Source: Acidobacteriota bacterium
GTDB lineage: Bacteria > Acidobacteriota > Vicinamibacteria > Vicinamibacterales > CAVVIG01
Assembly: GCA_043743165.1 (NCBI GenBank)
Contig: JAYTXA010000066.1
Coordinates: forward strand, 4,847 to 68,846
Length of the DNA: 64,000 nt
Reading direction: 5' to 3'
Shown here: positions 33,065 to 42,830 of the stretch, piece after piece
Numbering within the stretch: position 1 is the stretch's first letter
Layout of the letters: each line of letters starts with the position of its first letter
The notes under the pieces: model-generated
Told to the model about the DNA's origin: nothing
What the model saw: the letters and a program-made list of their open reading frames with translations, nothing else
Database searches by the model: none
Position numbers and translations under genes: made by a program

Positions 33065-34699
33065 ATGCCTGCCTCCTTCAACGGCCGCGCGCGTGTCTCG
33101 ACCCCCGTCAACGAACCGATCCGCGCCTACGCACCAGGGTCGCCAGAGCGGGCGACGCTGAAGACCGCGCTCGACGGCATGGCGTCGGCGACAGTCGATA
33201 TTCCCATCGTGATTGGCGGGAAGGAGATCCGCACCGGCGATACCGCATCGGTCGTGATGCCGCATGCACACCAGCATGTCCTCGGCACCTATCACAAGGG
33301 CACGCCGGCCCACGCGCAGCAGGCGATCGATGCCGCGCTGGCCGCACACGCCGAGTGGTCGAGCTGGTCGTTCGAGGATCGGGCCGCGGTCCTGCTGAAG
33401 GCGGCAGAGTTGCTCACCACGTCGTGGCGCGACGTTATCAACGCGTCGACCATGCTCGGCCAGAGCAAGACGGTGTTCCAGGCCGAGATCGACGCCGCGT
33501 GCGAGATCATCGACTTCTGGCGCTTCAACGTGCACTACGCCGAGGAACTGCTGGCCGAGCAGCCGATCAGCGATCACACGATGTGGAACCGGCTCGAGTA
33601 CCGCGGCCTCGAAGGGTTCGTCTACGCGGTCACACCGTTCAACTTCACGTCGATTGCGGCGAACCTGCCAACGGCCCCTGCGCTGATGGGCAACACGGTG
33701 GTGTGGAAGCCGGCATCGACGGCGATGCTCTCGGCGCATTACCTGATGAAGCTGCTCGAGGCGGCCGGCATGCCGCCCGGCGTCATCAATCTGGTGCCCG
33801 GCGATCCGGCGGCGCTCTCGAACGTCGTGCTGTCGCACCGCGACCTCGCCGGCGTGCACTTCACGGGCAGCACCGACGTCTTCAACAACATGTGGAAGAC
33901 AATCGGTGCCTCGATGTCGTCGTACCGCTCCTACCCGCGCATCGTCGGCGAAACCGGCGGCAAGGATTTCGTGTTGGCGCACACCTCGGCCGACCCGGCG
34001 GCACTCGCCACGGCGGTGGTGCGAGGCGGCTTCGAGTTCCAGGGGCAGAAGTGTTCGGCGGTCAGCCGCATCTACGTACCACGCTCCATCTGGCCCGACG
34101 TCCGCGACCGCATCGTCGCGATGATGGACGACATCAAGATGGGCGACATCCGCGACTTCCGGAACTTCATGGGTGCGGTCATCGACGAGCGCGCCTTCGA
34201 CCGCATCACCGGGCACATCGCTGAAGCCAGGACGAGCGCGCGGATTGTGGCTGGTGGCGAATCGGACAAGCAGACCGGCTACTTTGTCAGGCCGACACTG
34301 ATCGAGACCGACAACCCGGGGCTGCGTCAGTTGTGCGAGGAGATCTTCGGGCCGGTGGTGACGGCGTACGTGTACGACGACAGCCAGTGGGCCGAGACGC
34401 TTTCCCTCGTGAATGCCACGTCGCCGTACGCGCTGACCGGCGCCATCTTCGCGCAGGACCGGCGTGCGGTCGTCGAGGCGTCGTCGGCGCTGCGCTACGC
34501 GGCCGGCAACTTCTACATCAACGACAAGCCGACCGGCGCCGTGGTGGGCCAGCAGCCATTCGGCGGCGCACGCGCGTCGGGCACCAACGACAAGGCGGGC
34601 TCGAAGCTGAACCTGGTGCGCTGGGTCAGCGCGCGCACGGTGAAGGAGAACTTCAACCCGCCGCGCACCTACACCTACCCTTTCATGGGCGACACGTAG
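33065..34699 (+). CDS. pruA: L-glutamate gamma-semialdehyde (1-pyrroline-5-carboxylate) dehydrogenase
   Basis: 544 aa aldehyde dehydrogenase. VGETGGKDF and FEFQGQKCSA (catalytic Cys), and a long-form P5CDH N-terminus (PVNEPIRAYAPGSPER). Confidence 0.9.
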   Translation: MPASFNGRARVSTPVNEPIRAYAPGSPERATLKTALDGMASATVDIPIVIGGKEIRTGDTASVVMPHAHQHVLGTYHKGTPAHAQQAIDAALAAHAEWSSWSFEDRAAVLLKAAELLTTSWRDVINASTMLGQSKTVFQAEIDAACEIIDFWRFNVHYAEELLAEQPISDHTMWNRLEYRGLEGFVYAVTPFNFTSIAANLPTAPALMGNTVVWKPASTAMLSAHYLMKLLEAAGMPPGVINLVPGDPAALSNVVLSHRDLAGVHFTGSTDVFNNMWKTIGASMSSYRSYPRIVGETGGKDFVLAHTSADPAALATAVVRGGFEFQGQKCSAVSRIYVPRSIWPDVRDRIVAMMDDIKMGDIRDFRNFMGAVIDERAFDRITGHIAEARTSARIVAGGESDKQTGYFVRPTLIETDNPGLRQLCEEIFGPVVTAYVYDDSQWAETLSLVNATSPYALTGAIFAQDRRAVVEASSALRYAAGNFYINDKPTGAVVGQQPFGGARASGTNDKAGSKLNLVRWVSARTVKENFNPPRTYTYPFMGDT

Positions 34700-34714
34700 C
34701 GGCTGCGAGCCCGC

Positions 34715-36085
34715 ATGCACCCCGCATTTTTGGCAGTGCCGTCCGCATCGGCCCTCCGGCGCCGGTTCATGGCGGCGCTCGTCCTGTTCGCGGGCGTCGC
34801 GGCAACACTCGCGGCGCAGGAGCGGTCGGTCGGAGATCTGCGGCGGCAGGACCTGAGCATCGTCCGCTACCAGTACGTGATGAAGACCAGGGCCATGACG
34901 CCCGCCGCGCGCGAGCGCGCGCTCGCGTTGCTGGACGATGCGGATGCGCGTGCGGCGACACTGTCGAAGCCGGCGCTGCACGTGCGGCTGCTCGAAGTGG
35001 TGGGCCTCGCAGACAATGGCCACGACACGCTCACGTTGGGCTCCGACGCCGCGCAGCCCGATCTCCGCATGCCGTACCGCGTGGCGTGGTTCGCGGACGG
35101 CCTCGTCATCGTGCGTGCGACAGGAGCGGCCTCGGATCTGGCGGGTGGACGCATCGACGCCCTCGACGGCCTCACGCCCGCCGAGCTGTATCAGCGACTG
35201 GCGCCGCTGGCTGGCGGCATCGAGTCGCAGCGGAAGCTGTCGCTCGGGCTCGTGCTCGAATCGCCGCAGCTCCTGTTCTCATCGAAGGTGGCGCGGCAGG
35301 CCGACCGGCTGTCACTCCGCGTACGCATGCTCGATGGGACCATCATCGAGCGCACCGTGCAGGCGATAGCGGGGCGCGACGTGCCGCGCGAATCCGACGC
35401 CGAGCGTCTCCTCTCGCCAGACCCGCTGTCGTCCCCTGAACGCGCGTGGACGCCGGCGCTGAAGCCGAACGCCGTGCCGCTCGCGTTCCGCCGCGGCAAC
35501 GACCACGTCCGACTCGAGTCGCTGCTCGGTGGTACGGTGCTGTACGTGCAGGTCCGCACCCGCGTCAGTGTCGCCGGCCAGGAGATCGATGCGTTCGAGC
35601 GGCGCGTGCTCGCCGCCCTCCAGTTGCAGACCCCTTCGGACGTTATCCTCGACCTGCGCTTCAACGCCGGCGGCGACCCGCAGAGCACACTGCCGTTTAT
35701 ACGCAGCCTGCCCGATCGCGTGTCTGGCAAGGTGTACGTGCTCATGAGTCACTACACGTTCTCGGCTGGCATCGTGTCGGCTGCCGCGGTGAAGAAGGCT
35801 GGCGGCGAGAAGGTGGTGCTCGTGGGCGAGGCTCCCGGCGATCGGCTGCGCTTCTGGTCCGAAGGCGGCACCACGTGCCTTCCCGGCTCGGGGTTCTGCC
35901 TCCACTACACCGACGGTCTCGTCGACCTGGAACAGGGGTGCGAGGGGACGCCGGGCTGCTACAGCGATCGGTTCGACGTGGAGGTCGGCCGGCTCGAACC
36001 GGAAATCAGTGCACCGTTCACCGCCGCCGATTACCTCTCAGCGCGCGACAGCGCGATGGAGACCGTGCTGGCAAACCTGCACTGA
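34715..36085 (+). CDS. secreted S41-like (tail-specific protease family) peptidase domain protein
   Basis: Signal peptide MAALVLFAGVAATLAAQE. VILDLRFNAGGD and HYTFSAGIVSAAAV blocks are typical of the S41 fold. Confidence 0.6.
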   Translation: MHPAFLAVPSASALRRRFMAALVLFAGVAATLAAQERSVGDLRRQDLSIVRYQYVMKTRAMTPAARERALALLDDADARAATLSKPALHVRLLEVVGLADNGHDTLTLGSDAAQPDLRMPYRVAWFADGLVIVRATGAASDLAGGRIDALDGLTPAELYQRLAPLAGGIESQRKLSLGLVLESPQLLFSSKVARQADRLSLRVRMLDGTIIERTVQAIAGRDVPRESDAERLLSPDPLSSPERAWTPALKPNAVPLAFRRGNDHVRLESLLGGTVLYVQVRTRVSVAGQEIDAFERRVLAALQLQTPSDVILDLRFNAGGDPQSTLPFIRSLPDRVSGKVYVLMSHYTFSAGIVSAAAVKKAGGEKVVLVGEAPGDRLRFWSEGGTTCLPGSGFCLHYTDGLVDLEQGCEGTPGCYSDRFDVEVGRLEPEISAPFTAADYLSARDSAMETVLANLH

Positions 36086-36100
36086 CCAGGAGCTGTCTGG

Positions 36101-36481
36101 CTACTGCGACACCCTGGTTTCGAGCTTCGTACGCAGCGCCGTGAAGAACGCGTCCGCCACCTTCGCGTAGCCCGCAACGGTCAGGTGCAGGCCGTCGAAG
36201 TCGACGTAGGGATCGGGCGCGCCGCCGAGCGCCTGCCACGTATTGCCGGTGGCAAGCCCGGTGGGTAGTCGGGTCACCCCCTCGACCGCCTCCTCGCCGC
36301 CCCACCCGCAGTTCCTCGCCGACAGCGTCTGCGTCGGATACTGCGCAACGAATCGGCTGTTCAACACGCTCGGGTACGACGTCGGTGTCCCGAACGTGCC
36401 GCAACCGACACCTGAGAACTCGAAGACATTGAGCAGCGACCCGGGCTTGCCTTCGGTGATGCTGTCGCCGAAGGCGAGCAC
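36101..36481 (-). CDS. SGNH/GDSL hydrolase, short and probably 5'-truncated
   Basis: GTG-LAFGDSITEG (block I), NCGWGGEEA (block II), DFDGLHLT (block V). The frame stays open upstream to 36586 with no ATG/GTG/TTG and no signal peptide. Confidence 0.55.
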   Translation of the reverse strand: MLAFGDSITEGKPGSLLNVFEFSGVGCGTFGTPTSYPSVLNSRFVAQYPTQTLSARNCGWGGEEAVEGVTRLPTGLATGNTWQALGGAPDPYVDFDGLHLTVAGYAKVADAFFTALRTKLETRVSQ

Positions 36482-36591
36482 CGCCGACGCGTTCAGCTTC
36501 AGCGCCGCTTGAACGACAACGGGAAACGTACAGCTGGCCGCCCGGCTTTGTGCGTCGGACGCCGTGGCAGGCTCCGTGCCTTCGGCTCAAC

Positions 36592-36960
36592 ATGGCCAAC
36601 CAGGAATCTGCACTGAAGGAGCGTACCCGGAAGTCCGCACTCAACGTCCTTGTGTTTTTGCTCGCAGAGCCCCCTCGCGACGACTGGCGGAGCCTGCGCC
36701 AGCAGCTGATTCGTTCGGCCACGTCCGTCGGCGCCAACTACCGGTCAGCCTGCCGGTCGCGATCCCGCGCTGAATTCATCGCGAGGATCGGCGTCGTCCT
36801 TGAAGAAGCTGACGAGTCAGCATTCTGGCTCGAACTGCTGGTCGATATCGGAGCCACGCGCTCTCCCGTCGCGCAGGGTTTGCTGCGTGAGGCTAACGAG
36901 CTATGCGCGATTCTGGCCGCATCGTCGCTCACAGCCAAAGCCAACAGGGACCGGCGTTGA
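36592..36960 (+). CDS. four-helix-bundle protein (TIGR02436; 23S rRNA intervening-sequence protein family)
   Basis: MANQESALKERTRKSALNV..SATSVGANYRSACRSRSRAEFIARIGVVLEEADESAFWLELL, a family-typical motif string. Confidence 0.8.
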   Translation: MANQESALKERTRKSALNVLVFLLAEPPRDDWRSLRQQLIRSATSVGANYRSACRSRSRAEFIARIGVVLEEADESAFWLELLVDIGATRSPVAQGLLREANELCAILAASSLTAKANRDRR

Positions 36961-36963
36961 ACG

Positions 36964-36998
36964 CTCAATCTTCAATCTGAATTCTGAATTCTGAATTT
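36964..36998. repeat. heptamer microsatellite (5 units) between convergent genes
   Basis: CTCAATC TTCAATC TGAATTC TGAATTC TGAATTT. An AT-rich tract immediately before the stop of the 803-aa ATPase gene. Confidence 0.6.
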
Positions 36999-36999
36999 C

Positions 37000-39411
37000 C
37001 TACGTCCACAGCAGCGCGACGAGCTTCACCGCCACGTTGGTGCGCTTCGGCTTGACCTCGATCCGCTCGAACGTTTCGGTGGCCGGATCACCCGCGGCTT
37101 CGAGCGTAGCCGTCTCGAGCTTCAACTCGTCTTCGAGCTCCAGTTGCTGCTGCTCCAGCACCTGCACTTCGCGCTGGGCGTCGGCGATATCGCCCGACTC
37201 CTTCATCGTCCGGCTCATGCCGCGTGCCGCGGTGGTGGCGCGACCGAGCGTGCTGGCCGTGATGGCCTTGCGTCCCATGAGCGCGCCCATCAGCGTGGCG
37301 CCGACCGAAATTATCGTCTGCAGCTTCTGGCCGGACGCCTGCTCCGACTCCTTCGCCACTCTGGTGACGGCGCGGCGCTTCTTCTCTTCGAGCGCCGCCT
37401 GCCTCGGCGCGTACTTGCGACGTAGTGTATCCAGCGTGCGATCGCGCTCTTCGCGCGACACCTGCTGTAGCCGCGCGCGGAAGTCGCGTTCGGTTTCATC
37501 GGGGCGCGACGTCTCGCCCGTCGACGGGCTGCGCAGCACCTCGAGCACTGCTTTGGTGGTGACGGTGGTGACGAACTGCTTCGACCAGGCGTCGTAGTTC
37601 TTCGCCTTCAGCGCCGGAGCCGGCACGGCCGCATACGTCGCCTCGTCGGGCGCGTCGCGCTCGAGCAGTTCGGGCGCCATGTCGAGCGCCTCGGCAGCGT
37701 CCCAATCGACGGCCACGGCGCCGTCGCCGATCGGGGTCGTCCAGGTGACGAGCCGGGTGGCATCGAGCTTCAGCTTGGGGTCGAGGAAGCGCACGTTGGC
37801 CGACCCGTAGACAACGGGGGTCAGCGGCACCGGCCCACCCGGTGCCTCGGGCGAGAAGAACTGTGGCACGTCTGGCGGTACGACGGGGCGCGCAGCCGCG
37901 GCAACAGCAGCGGCCAGCTTCGGTACGGCGGCGACAGGAGCGGCGACAGCAGGAGCGGCACCCCCAACAACGGCCTGAGCGCGGTGTCCGGCCGAGAGCC
38001 GCTTGATGTCGTCGCGGCCGAGCGGACCGCGCAGGTACGACAGCGCCCATCGCGACTGGAACAGCGTGAGTCCGTCTTCATGCACGTTGCGCATCAGGAA
38101 GACGCGGCTGGTGAGGCTCGACAGCAGTCGATCGAGTTCGGCCCGATCGAAGCCCGCGTGCTCGCTGGCGCCTTCGAGACCGTCGATGAGACGCGCCTTG
38201 TCGCGCTCGGTCTGCAGGCGGCCGAGCCACCAGGTGCCGATGTTCGAGAGCCCCTTGTAGTCGAGGTCGACCGGATTCTGCGTCGCCAGCATTACGCCAA
38301 CACCGGCCGCGCGCCCCTGCTTCAGCAGCGTGAGCAGGGGCCCCTTCGACGGCGGATTCGCGGTCGGTGGGAAGTAGCCGAAGATCTCGTCCATGTAGAC
38401 CAGAGCACGCAGGCTGGTGGTGCCGCCCTGCGTCCGCATCCAGCCGGCCACGGCGTTCAGCAGCAACGACACGAAGAACATGCGCTGCGTGTCGTCGAGG
38501 TGCGCAATCGAGAAGATGGAGACGCGCGGCTTGCCCGAGGTCGTGCGCAGGAACGCGGCAACATCGAGCGGATCGCCCTGCGTCCACACCTCGAACCCGG
38601 GCGATGCGATGAGCGCATTGATGGTCATCGCCAGCGCGAAGCGGTCCTTCGCCGGGTAGAAGCTCTCGAGGTCGATGACACCGATGCGCGTCATCGGCGG
38701 TTGCTGGATACGCTGGATCAGCATGGCGAGGTCGGGGCTGTCGCCCGACTGCCACGCGGACAGCAGGATGGTAGTGAGCAGGATGTGTTCGCGGCTCTTG
38801 AGCGGCTCGCCTTCCACACCGGCCAGTGCCAGCAGGCTCGATACCGTCGTCTGGGCGCGTTCGCGCACGAGTTCCGGGTCGTCCACCGACGGCTTCTGGA
38901 ACGAGGTGAGCACCGACACTGGCGTACCGGCCGTGCTGCCAGGCGTGTAGATGGTGAAGTCTGCCGCGTCGCGCAGGCGCTGGATGCGTGCGCCGTCCTG
39001 CCCCCAGTCGGCCAGTCCGCTCTTCCACCGATCCGCCTGCTCGGCGGCAAACGCCGGCACGTCCTTGCCTGCTCGCCGCGCATCGTCCTCGTTCACCCAC
39101 GGTTCGAAGTCGTCCGTGCCCAGCTGCGGGAACGTGAGGACGAGGTTCGTGAGGTCGCCCTTCGGGTCGATGACGATGACCGGCACCGAGTCGATGGCGG
39201 CTTCCTCGATGACCGCAATGCCGAGCCCGGTCTTGCCGCTGCCGGTCATCCCGACGCAAAGGGCGTGCGTTACCAGATCCTTCGAGTCGTAGAGGACGAG
39301 GTCGCCGGTCGGCTTCTTCGTCTCGGCGTCGACGCGACGCCCCAGGTAGAAGACGCCGAGCTTCTCGAACGCACTGGTCATTGGTCGTGGGTCGGTCGTC
39401 GAAGGCGCCAT
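37000..39411 (-). CDS. HerA/FtsK-like P-loop ATPase (DUF87-type) with long C-terminal coiled-coil region
   Basis: 803 aa. THALCVGMTGSGKTGLGIAVIEEA (Walker A), VIVIDPKGDL. The C-terminal part is rich in heptad-like E/K/R/L segments and has one hydrophobic stretch (IISVGATLMGALMG). Confidence 0.75.
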   Translation of the reverse strand: MAPSTTDPRPMTSAFEKLGVFYLGRRVDAETKKPTGDLVLYDSKDLVTHALCVGMTGSGKTGLGIAVIEEAAIDSVPVIVIDPKGDLTNLVLTFPQLGTDDFEPWVNEDDARRAGKDVPAFAAEQADRWKSGLADWGQDGARIQRLRDAADFTIYTPGSTAGTPVSVLTSFQKPSVDDPELVRERAQTTVSSLLALAGVEGEPLKSREHILLTTILLSAWQSGDSPDLAMLIQRIQQPPMTRIGVIDLESFYPAKDRFALAMTINALIASPGFEVWTQGDPLDVAAFLRTTSGKPRVSIFSIAHLDDTQRMFFVSLLLNAVAGWMRTQGGTTSLRALVYMDEIFGYFPPTANPPSKGPLLTLLKQGRAAGVGVMLATQNPVDLDYKGLSNIGTWWLGRLQTERDKARLIDGLEGASEHAGFDRAELDRLLSSLTSRVFLMRNVHEDGLTLFQSRWALSYLRGPLGRDDIKRLSAGHRAQAVVGGAAPAVAAPVAAVPKLAAAVAAAARPVVPPDVPQFFSPEAPGGPVPLTPVVYGSANVRFLDPKLKLDATRLVTWTTPIGDGAVAVDWDAAEALDMAPELLERDAPDEATYAAVPAPALKAKNYDAWSKQFVTTVTTKAVLEVLRSPSTGETSRPDETERDFRARLQQVSREERDRTLDTLRRKYAPRQAALEEKKRRAVTRVAKESEQASGQKLQTIISVGATLMGALMGRKAITASTLGRATTAARGMSRTMKESGDIADAQREVQVLEQQQLELEDELKLETATLEAAGDPATETFERIEVKPKRTNVAVKLVALLWT

Positions 39412-39478
39412 GCGCCGAATTCTATCCGTGTTACCGGACGCCGCGCAGCCGGTCTAAGCGGTAACAGAGACAAACGTC

Positions 39479-41104
39479 ATGAAACACAGCTTCCTTACGC
39501 TGGCCGCCTGCGCCACCCTCACCTCCCTGCTCGCCGCGGGCACACCGGCCGCGCAACCGAGCACCGACGCTCGCACGGCGTTGCACGTGCTGAGTCGCAT
39601 CACCTACGGCCCCAGGCCAGGCGACGTCGAACGGGTGCAGCGCATCGGCGTCGAGCACTTCATCGAGCAGCAGCTTCATCCGGACACGCTCGACGACAGC
39701 AGCTTCGAGCAACGGCTCGACCGGTTCGAGACGTTGGGGTTGACGTCGCGCGACATCGCCGAGCAGTTCGCCATCCCCGCGCTGCAAGCGCGCCGCGCCC
39801 GCCAGGCGCAGGGCGGCGACACGGTGCCGGACGCAGGTGCCGGCGCCGGTGCCGCGCCGCCGCCGCCGCCGACGACGACGACGGGGCCCGCACGGGTGCG
39901 CGCCAACCTGCCGCTCATCGAACTGGCCGACGCCAAGATTGTGCGCGCCGTGTACAGCGAACGGCAGCTGAACGAGGTACTGGCCGACTTCTGGTTCAAC
40001 CACTTCAACGTCGATGCGAAGAAGGGCACGACGCGGTTCTTGCTCACCGAGTACGAACGCGAGGCCATCCGCCCGCACGTGCTCGGGCGCTTCCGCGATC
40101 TGCTTGGCGCCACGGCGAAGAGCCCCGCCATGCTGTTCTATCTCGACAACTGGATAAGCGCCGACCCGAACGGGCCGCATCTCGATCAGATGCGACCGAT
40201 GGCGAGGCGTCTGCTCGATCGCCCGCAGCAGCAGGCTGGACCGGCGGGGCGGGCCGGGCAGGCGGGCACCCCTCCGGCCCCGCGACGGCCGACCGGGTTG
40301 AACGAGAACTACGGGCGTGAACTGCTGGAACTGCACACGCTCGGCGTCGACGCCGGTTACACGCAGCACGACGTTACCGAGGTGGCGCGCGCCTTCACCG
40401 GCTGGAGCATCGAGCAGCCGCGCCGAGGCGGCGGTTTCCGCTTCGCACCGGCCCTGCACGATAACGGCGAGAAAGTGGTGCTCGGTCGTCGGATTTCGGC
40501 GGGAGACGGCTTGCGCGACGGCGAGCAGGTGCTCGACATCCTGGCGGCGCATCCCGCGACCGCCCGCTTCATCTCGACGAAGCTCGCACGGCGCTTCGTC
40601 AGCGATACGCCGCCGGCCGCACTCGTCGATCGCATGGCCGCCACGTTCACCAGGACGGGCGGCGACCTCCGTGCCGTCATGACGACACTGCTGACGTCGC
40701 CGGAGTTCCTCTCACCAGCTGACGACGGGTCGAAGGTGAAGACGCCGTTCGAGTTCGTCGTCTCTGCGCTGCGCGCGACCGGCGCGGAGATCCGCGACGG
40801 CAGGTTGCTGGTGCGCGGCCTCGAACAGCTCGGGATGCCGCTCTACCAGTGCCAACCGCCGACCGGCTACGCCGATACCGCCGAGGCGTGGGTGAACACC
40901 GGCGCGCTGGTGCAGCGCATGAACCTGGCGCTGTCGCTGGCCTCGGGCGAGGTGCGTGGCGTGCGAGTCGCGTCGCCGCCGAAGGCGGACACGCTGCTGC
41001 AGGGCCAGGTGTCGGACACGACGCGGGCCACGATCGCCAAGGCACAGTCGGAACCACAGGCACTCGCGCTGGCGCTCGGGTCGCCAGAGTTCCAGCGCCG
41101 ATAG
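39479..41104 (+). CDS. DUF1800 domain protein
   Basis: 541 aa. Signal peptide. NENYGRELLELHTLGVDAGYTQHDVTEVARAFTGW is the hallmark DUF1800 block. Confidence 0.85.
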   Translation: MKHSFLTLAACATLTSLLAAGTPAAQPSTDARTALHVLSRITYGPRPGDVERVQRIGVEHFIEQQLHPDTLDDSSFEQRLDRFETLGLTSRDIAEQFAIPALQARRARQAQGGDTVPDAGAGAGAAPPPPPTTTTGPARVRANLPLIELADAKIVRAVYSERQLNEVLADFWFNHFNVDAKKGTTRFLLTEYEREAIRPHVLGRFRDLLGATAKSPAMLFYLDNWISADPNGPHLDQMRPMARRLLDRPQQQAGPAGRAGQAGTPPAPRRPTGLNENYGRELLELHTLGVDAGYTQHDVTEVARAFTGWSIEQPRRGGGFRFAPALHDNGEKVVLGRRISAGDGLRDGEQVLDILAAHPATARFISTKLARRFVSDTPPAALVDRMAATFTRTGGDLRAVMTTLLTSPEFLSPADDGSKVKTPFEFVVSALRATGAEIRDGRLLVRGLEQLGMPLYQCQPPTGYADTAEAWVNTGALVQRMNLALSLASGEVRGVRVASPPKADTLLQGQVSDTTRATIAKAQSEPQALALALGSPEFQRR

Positions 41105-41115
41105 CCACCCAGGAC

Positions 41116-41140
41116 GTAGCTGCCGACATTCAGGTCGGCA
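41116..41140. repeat. REP-like hairpin element, copy 2
   Basis: GTAGCTGCCGACATTCAGGTCGGCA. Stem TGCCGAC/GTCGGCA, located in the 50-nt DUF1800-DUF1501 spacer. Confidence 0.5.
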
Positions 41141-41154
41141 ACAGGTACACGACC

Positions 41155-42390
41155 ATGATCAATCGTCGAGCATTTCTCAAGGACGGCGCATGCGCACTCG
41201 TCAGTCTCGGCTTCGCGCCGTCGTTCCTGGCGCGAACGGTGACCGCGACGGCCGGGACACGGCGACAGAAGCGGCTCATTGCCATCTTCCAGCGCGGCGC
41301 TGTCGACGGGCTGAGCATGGTGGTGCCGCACGGCGACGCCGACTATTACCGTGCGCGGCCAAGCCTGGCAGTCGCCGCACCGGGCAATGCCGCCGACGCT
41401 ACGCTCGACCTCGACGGTTTCTTCGGCTTCAACCCACGCCTCGCGCCGCTGCTGCCGTTCTGGCGGCGCGGCGATCTGGCCGTTGTGCACGCGTGCGGGT
41501 CGCCCGATGCCACCCGCTCGCACTTCGACGCGCAGGACTACATGGAAACCGCCACGCCAGGCGTGAAGAGCACGGGCGACGGCTGGGTGAACCGCTACCT
41601 GCAGAACCGCGCCGCTGAACCGGATAGCCCCTTCCGTGCGGTGGCGCTCGCGTCGCAGATGCCGCGCATGCTGCAGGGGCGCGCCCCGGCGCTGGCCATG
41701 CAGCAGCTGTCGCAGTTCGAACTGCGCGCCGATGCCGTGAACCACTCGTTCGAAGCCGAGTACGCGGCAGCAGCCGACCGCCTGCTGCACGGCACAGGAG
41801 GCGACGCGTTCGAGGCGATGAAGCGGTTGAAAGCCGCCGACCCGAGCCAGTATCAACCCGAGCACGGCGCGCAGTATCCGGCCACCGCGTTCGGCCGCGC
41901 GCTCGGGCAGATTGCACAACTGGTGAAGGCTGACGTCGGACTGGAAGTGGCCTTTGCCGACCTCGGCGGTTGGGACACGCACGTCAACCAGGGGACGACG
42001 CAGGGGCAGTTGGCGGCACGGCTCACTGATTTCTCGGGCGCGATTGCCGCGCTCGTGACCGACCTTGGCGATCACATGGCCGACACGGTGGTGCTGACCA
42101 TGTCGGAGTTCGGCCGCGCCGTGGCGGAGAACGGCAACCGCGGCACCGATCATGGCCACGGCAACGCCATGCTGGTCATCGGCGGCGGCGTTCACGGCCG
42201 GCGCGTCTACGGCCGCTGGCCGGGTCTGGCGCCGGACCAGCGCTACGACCAGCGCGACCTGGCCGTCACTACCGATTTCCGCGACGTCTTCGCGGAGGTC
42301 GTCACCCGTCATATGGGCGTGACCGATGCTACCCCCGTGTTTCCGGGCTTCGCCGTGAATCCGGCGCACTTTCCCGGGATCTTCGGGTGA
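41155..42390 (+). CDS. DUF1501 (sulfatase-fold) protein with Tat-type signal
   Basis: Starts [20 protein letters not shown] (twin-arginine-like). It is the usual partner of DUF1800. The track ORF begins spuriously at 40849. Confidence 0.85.
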   Translation: MINRRAFLKDGACALVSLGFAPSFLARTVTATAGTRRQKRLIAIFQRGAVDGLSMVVPHGDADYYRARPSLAVAAPGNAADATLDLDGFFGFNPRLAPLLPFWRRGDLAVVHACGSPDATRSHFDAQDYMETATPGVKSTGDGWVNRYLQNRAAEPDSPFRAVALASQMPRMLQGRAPALAMQQLSQFELRADAVNHSFEAEYAAAADRLLHGTGGDAFEAMKRLKAADPSQYQPEHGAQYPATAFGRALGQIAQLVKADVGLEVAFADLGGWDTHVNQGTTQGQLAARLTDFSGAIAALVTDLGDHMADTVVLTMSEFGRAVAENGNRGTDHGHGNAMLVIGGGVHGRRVYGRWPGLAPDQRYDQRDLAVTTDFRDVFAEVVTRHMGVTDATPVFPGFAVNPAHFPGIFG

Positions 42391-42437
42391 GGATTCCGGC
42401 GGATCAGGTTCAAAGGTTGGTGCTAAAGTGTCCAGCG

Positions 42438-42734
42438 ATGGCTGACAAGGAAAAGCGCGTCGTCGGCGATGCCCTCGGCATGATCGAAACCCGCGGGTTC
42501 ATCGGTATGGTCGAAGCCACTGACGCCATGCTGAAGACCGCGAACGTCGAACTGGTCAGCTGGCAGAAGGTCGATGCCGGACTCGTCACCGCGATCATCC
42601 GCGGCGACGTCGGCTCGGTGAAGGCCGCGACCGACGCCGGTGCCGCAGCCGCCCGCCGCGTCGGCGAACTGATCGGTGTGCATGTCATCCCGCGCCCGGC
42701 GGATGACGTCGAGAAGATCTTCCCGATTTCCTGA
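42438..42734 (+). CDS. bacterial microcompartment shell protein (BMC-H, Pfam00936 type)
   Basis: [68 protein letters not shown], the canonical PduA/EutM/CcmK-like sequence. Confidence 0.85.
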   Translation: MADKEKRVVGDALGMIETRGFIGMVEATDAMLKTANVELVSWQKVDAGLVTAIIRGDVGSVKAATDAGAAAARRVGELIGVHVIPRPADDVEKIFPIS

Positions 42735-42830
42735 GCGACGTCGGTTCTCGCTCGCCTGCCATGAAGGTCGGTCGGCGATGCTCCAGCCTGAGGTCCACCC
42801 GCTCGCGCCCCGTGCTACCCTCTTTTTGGC

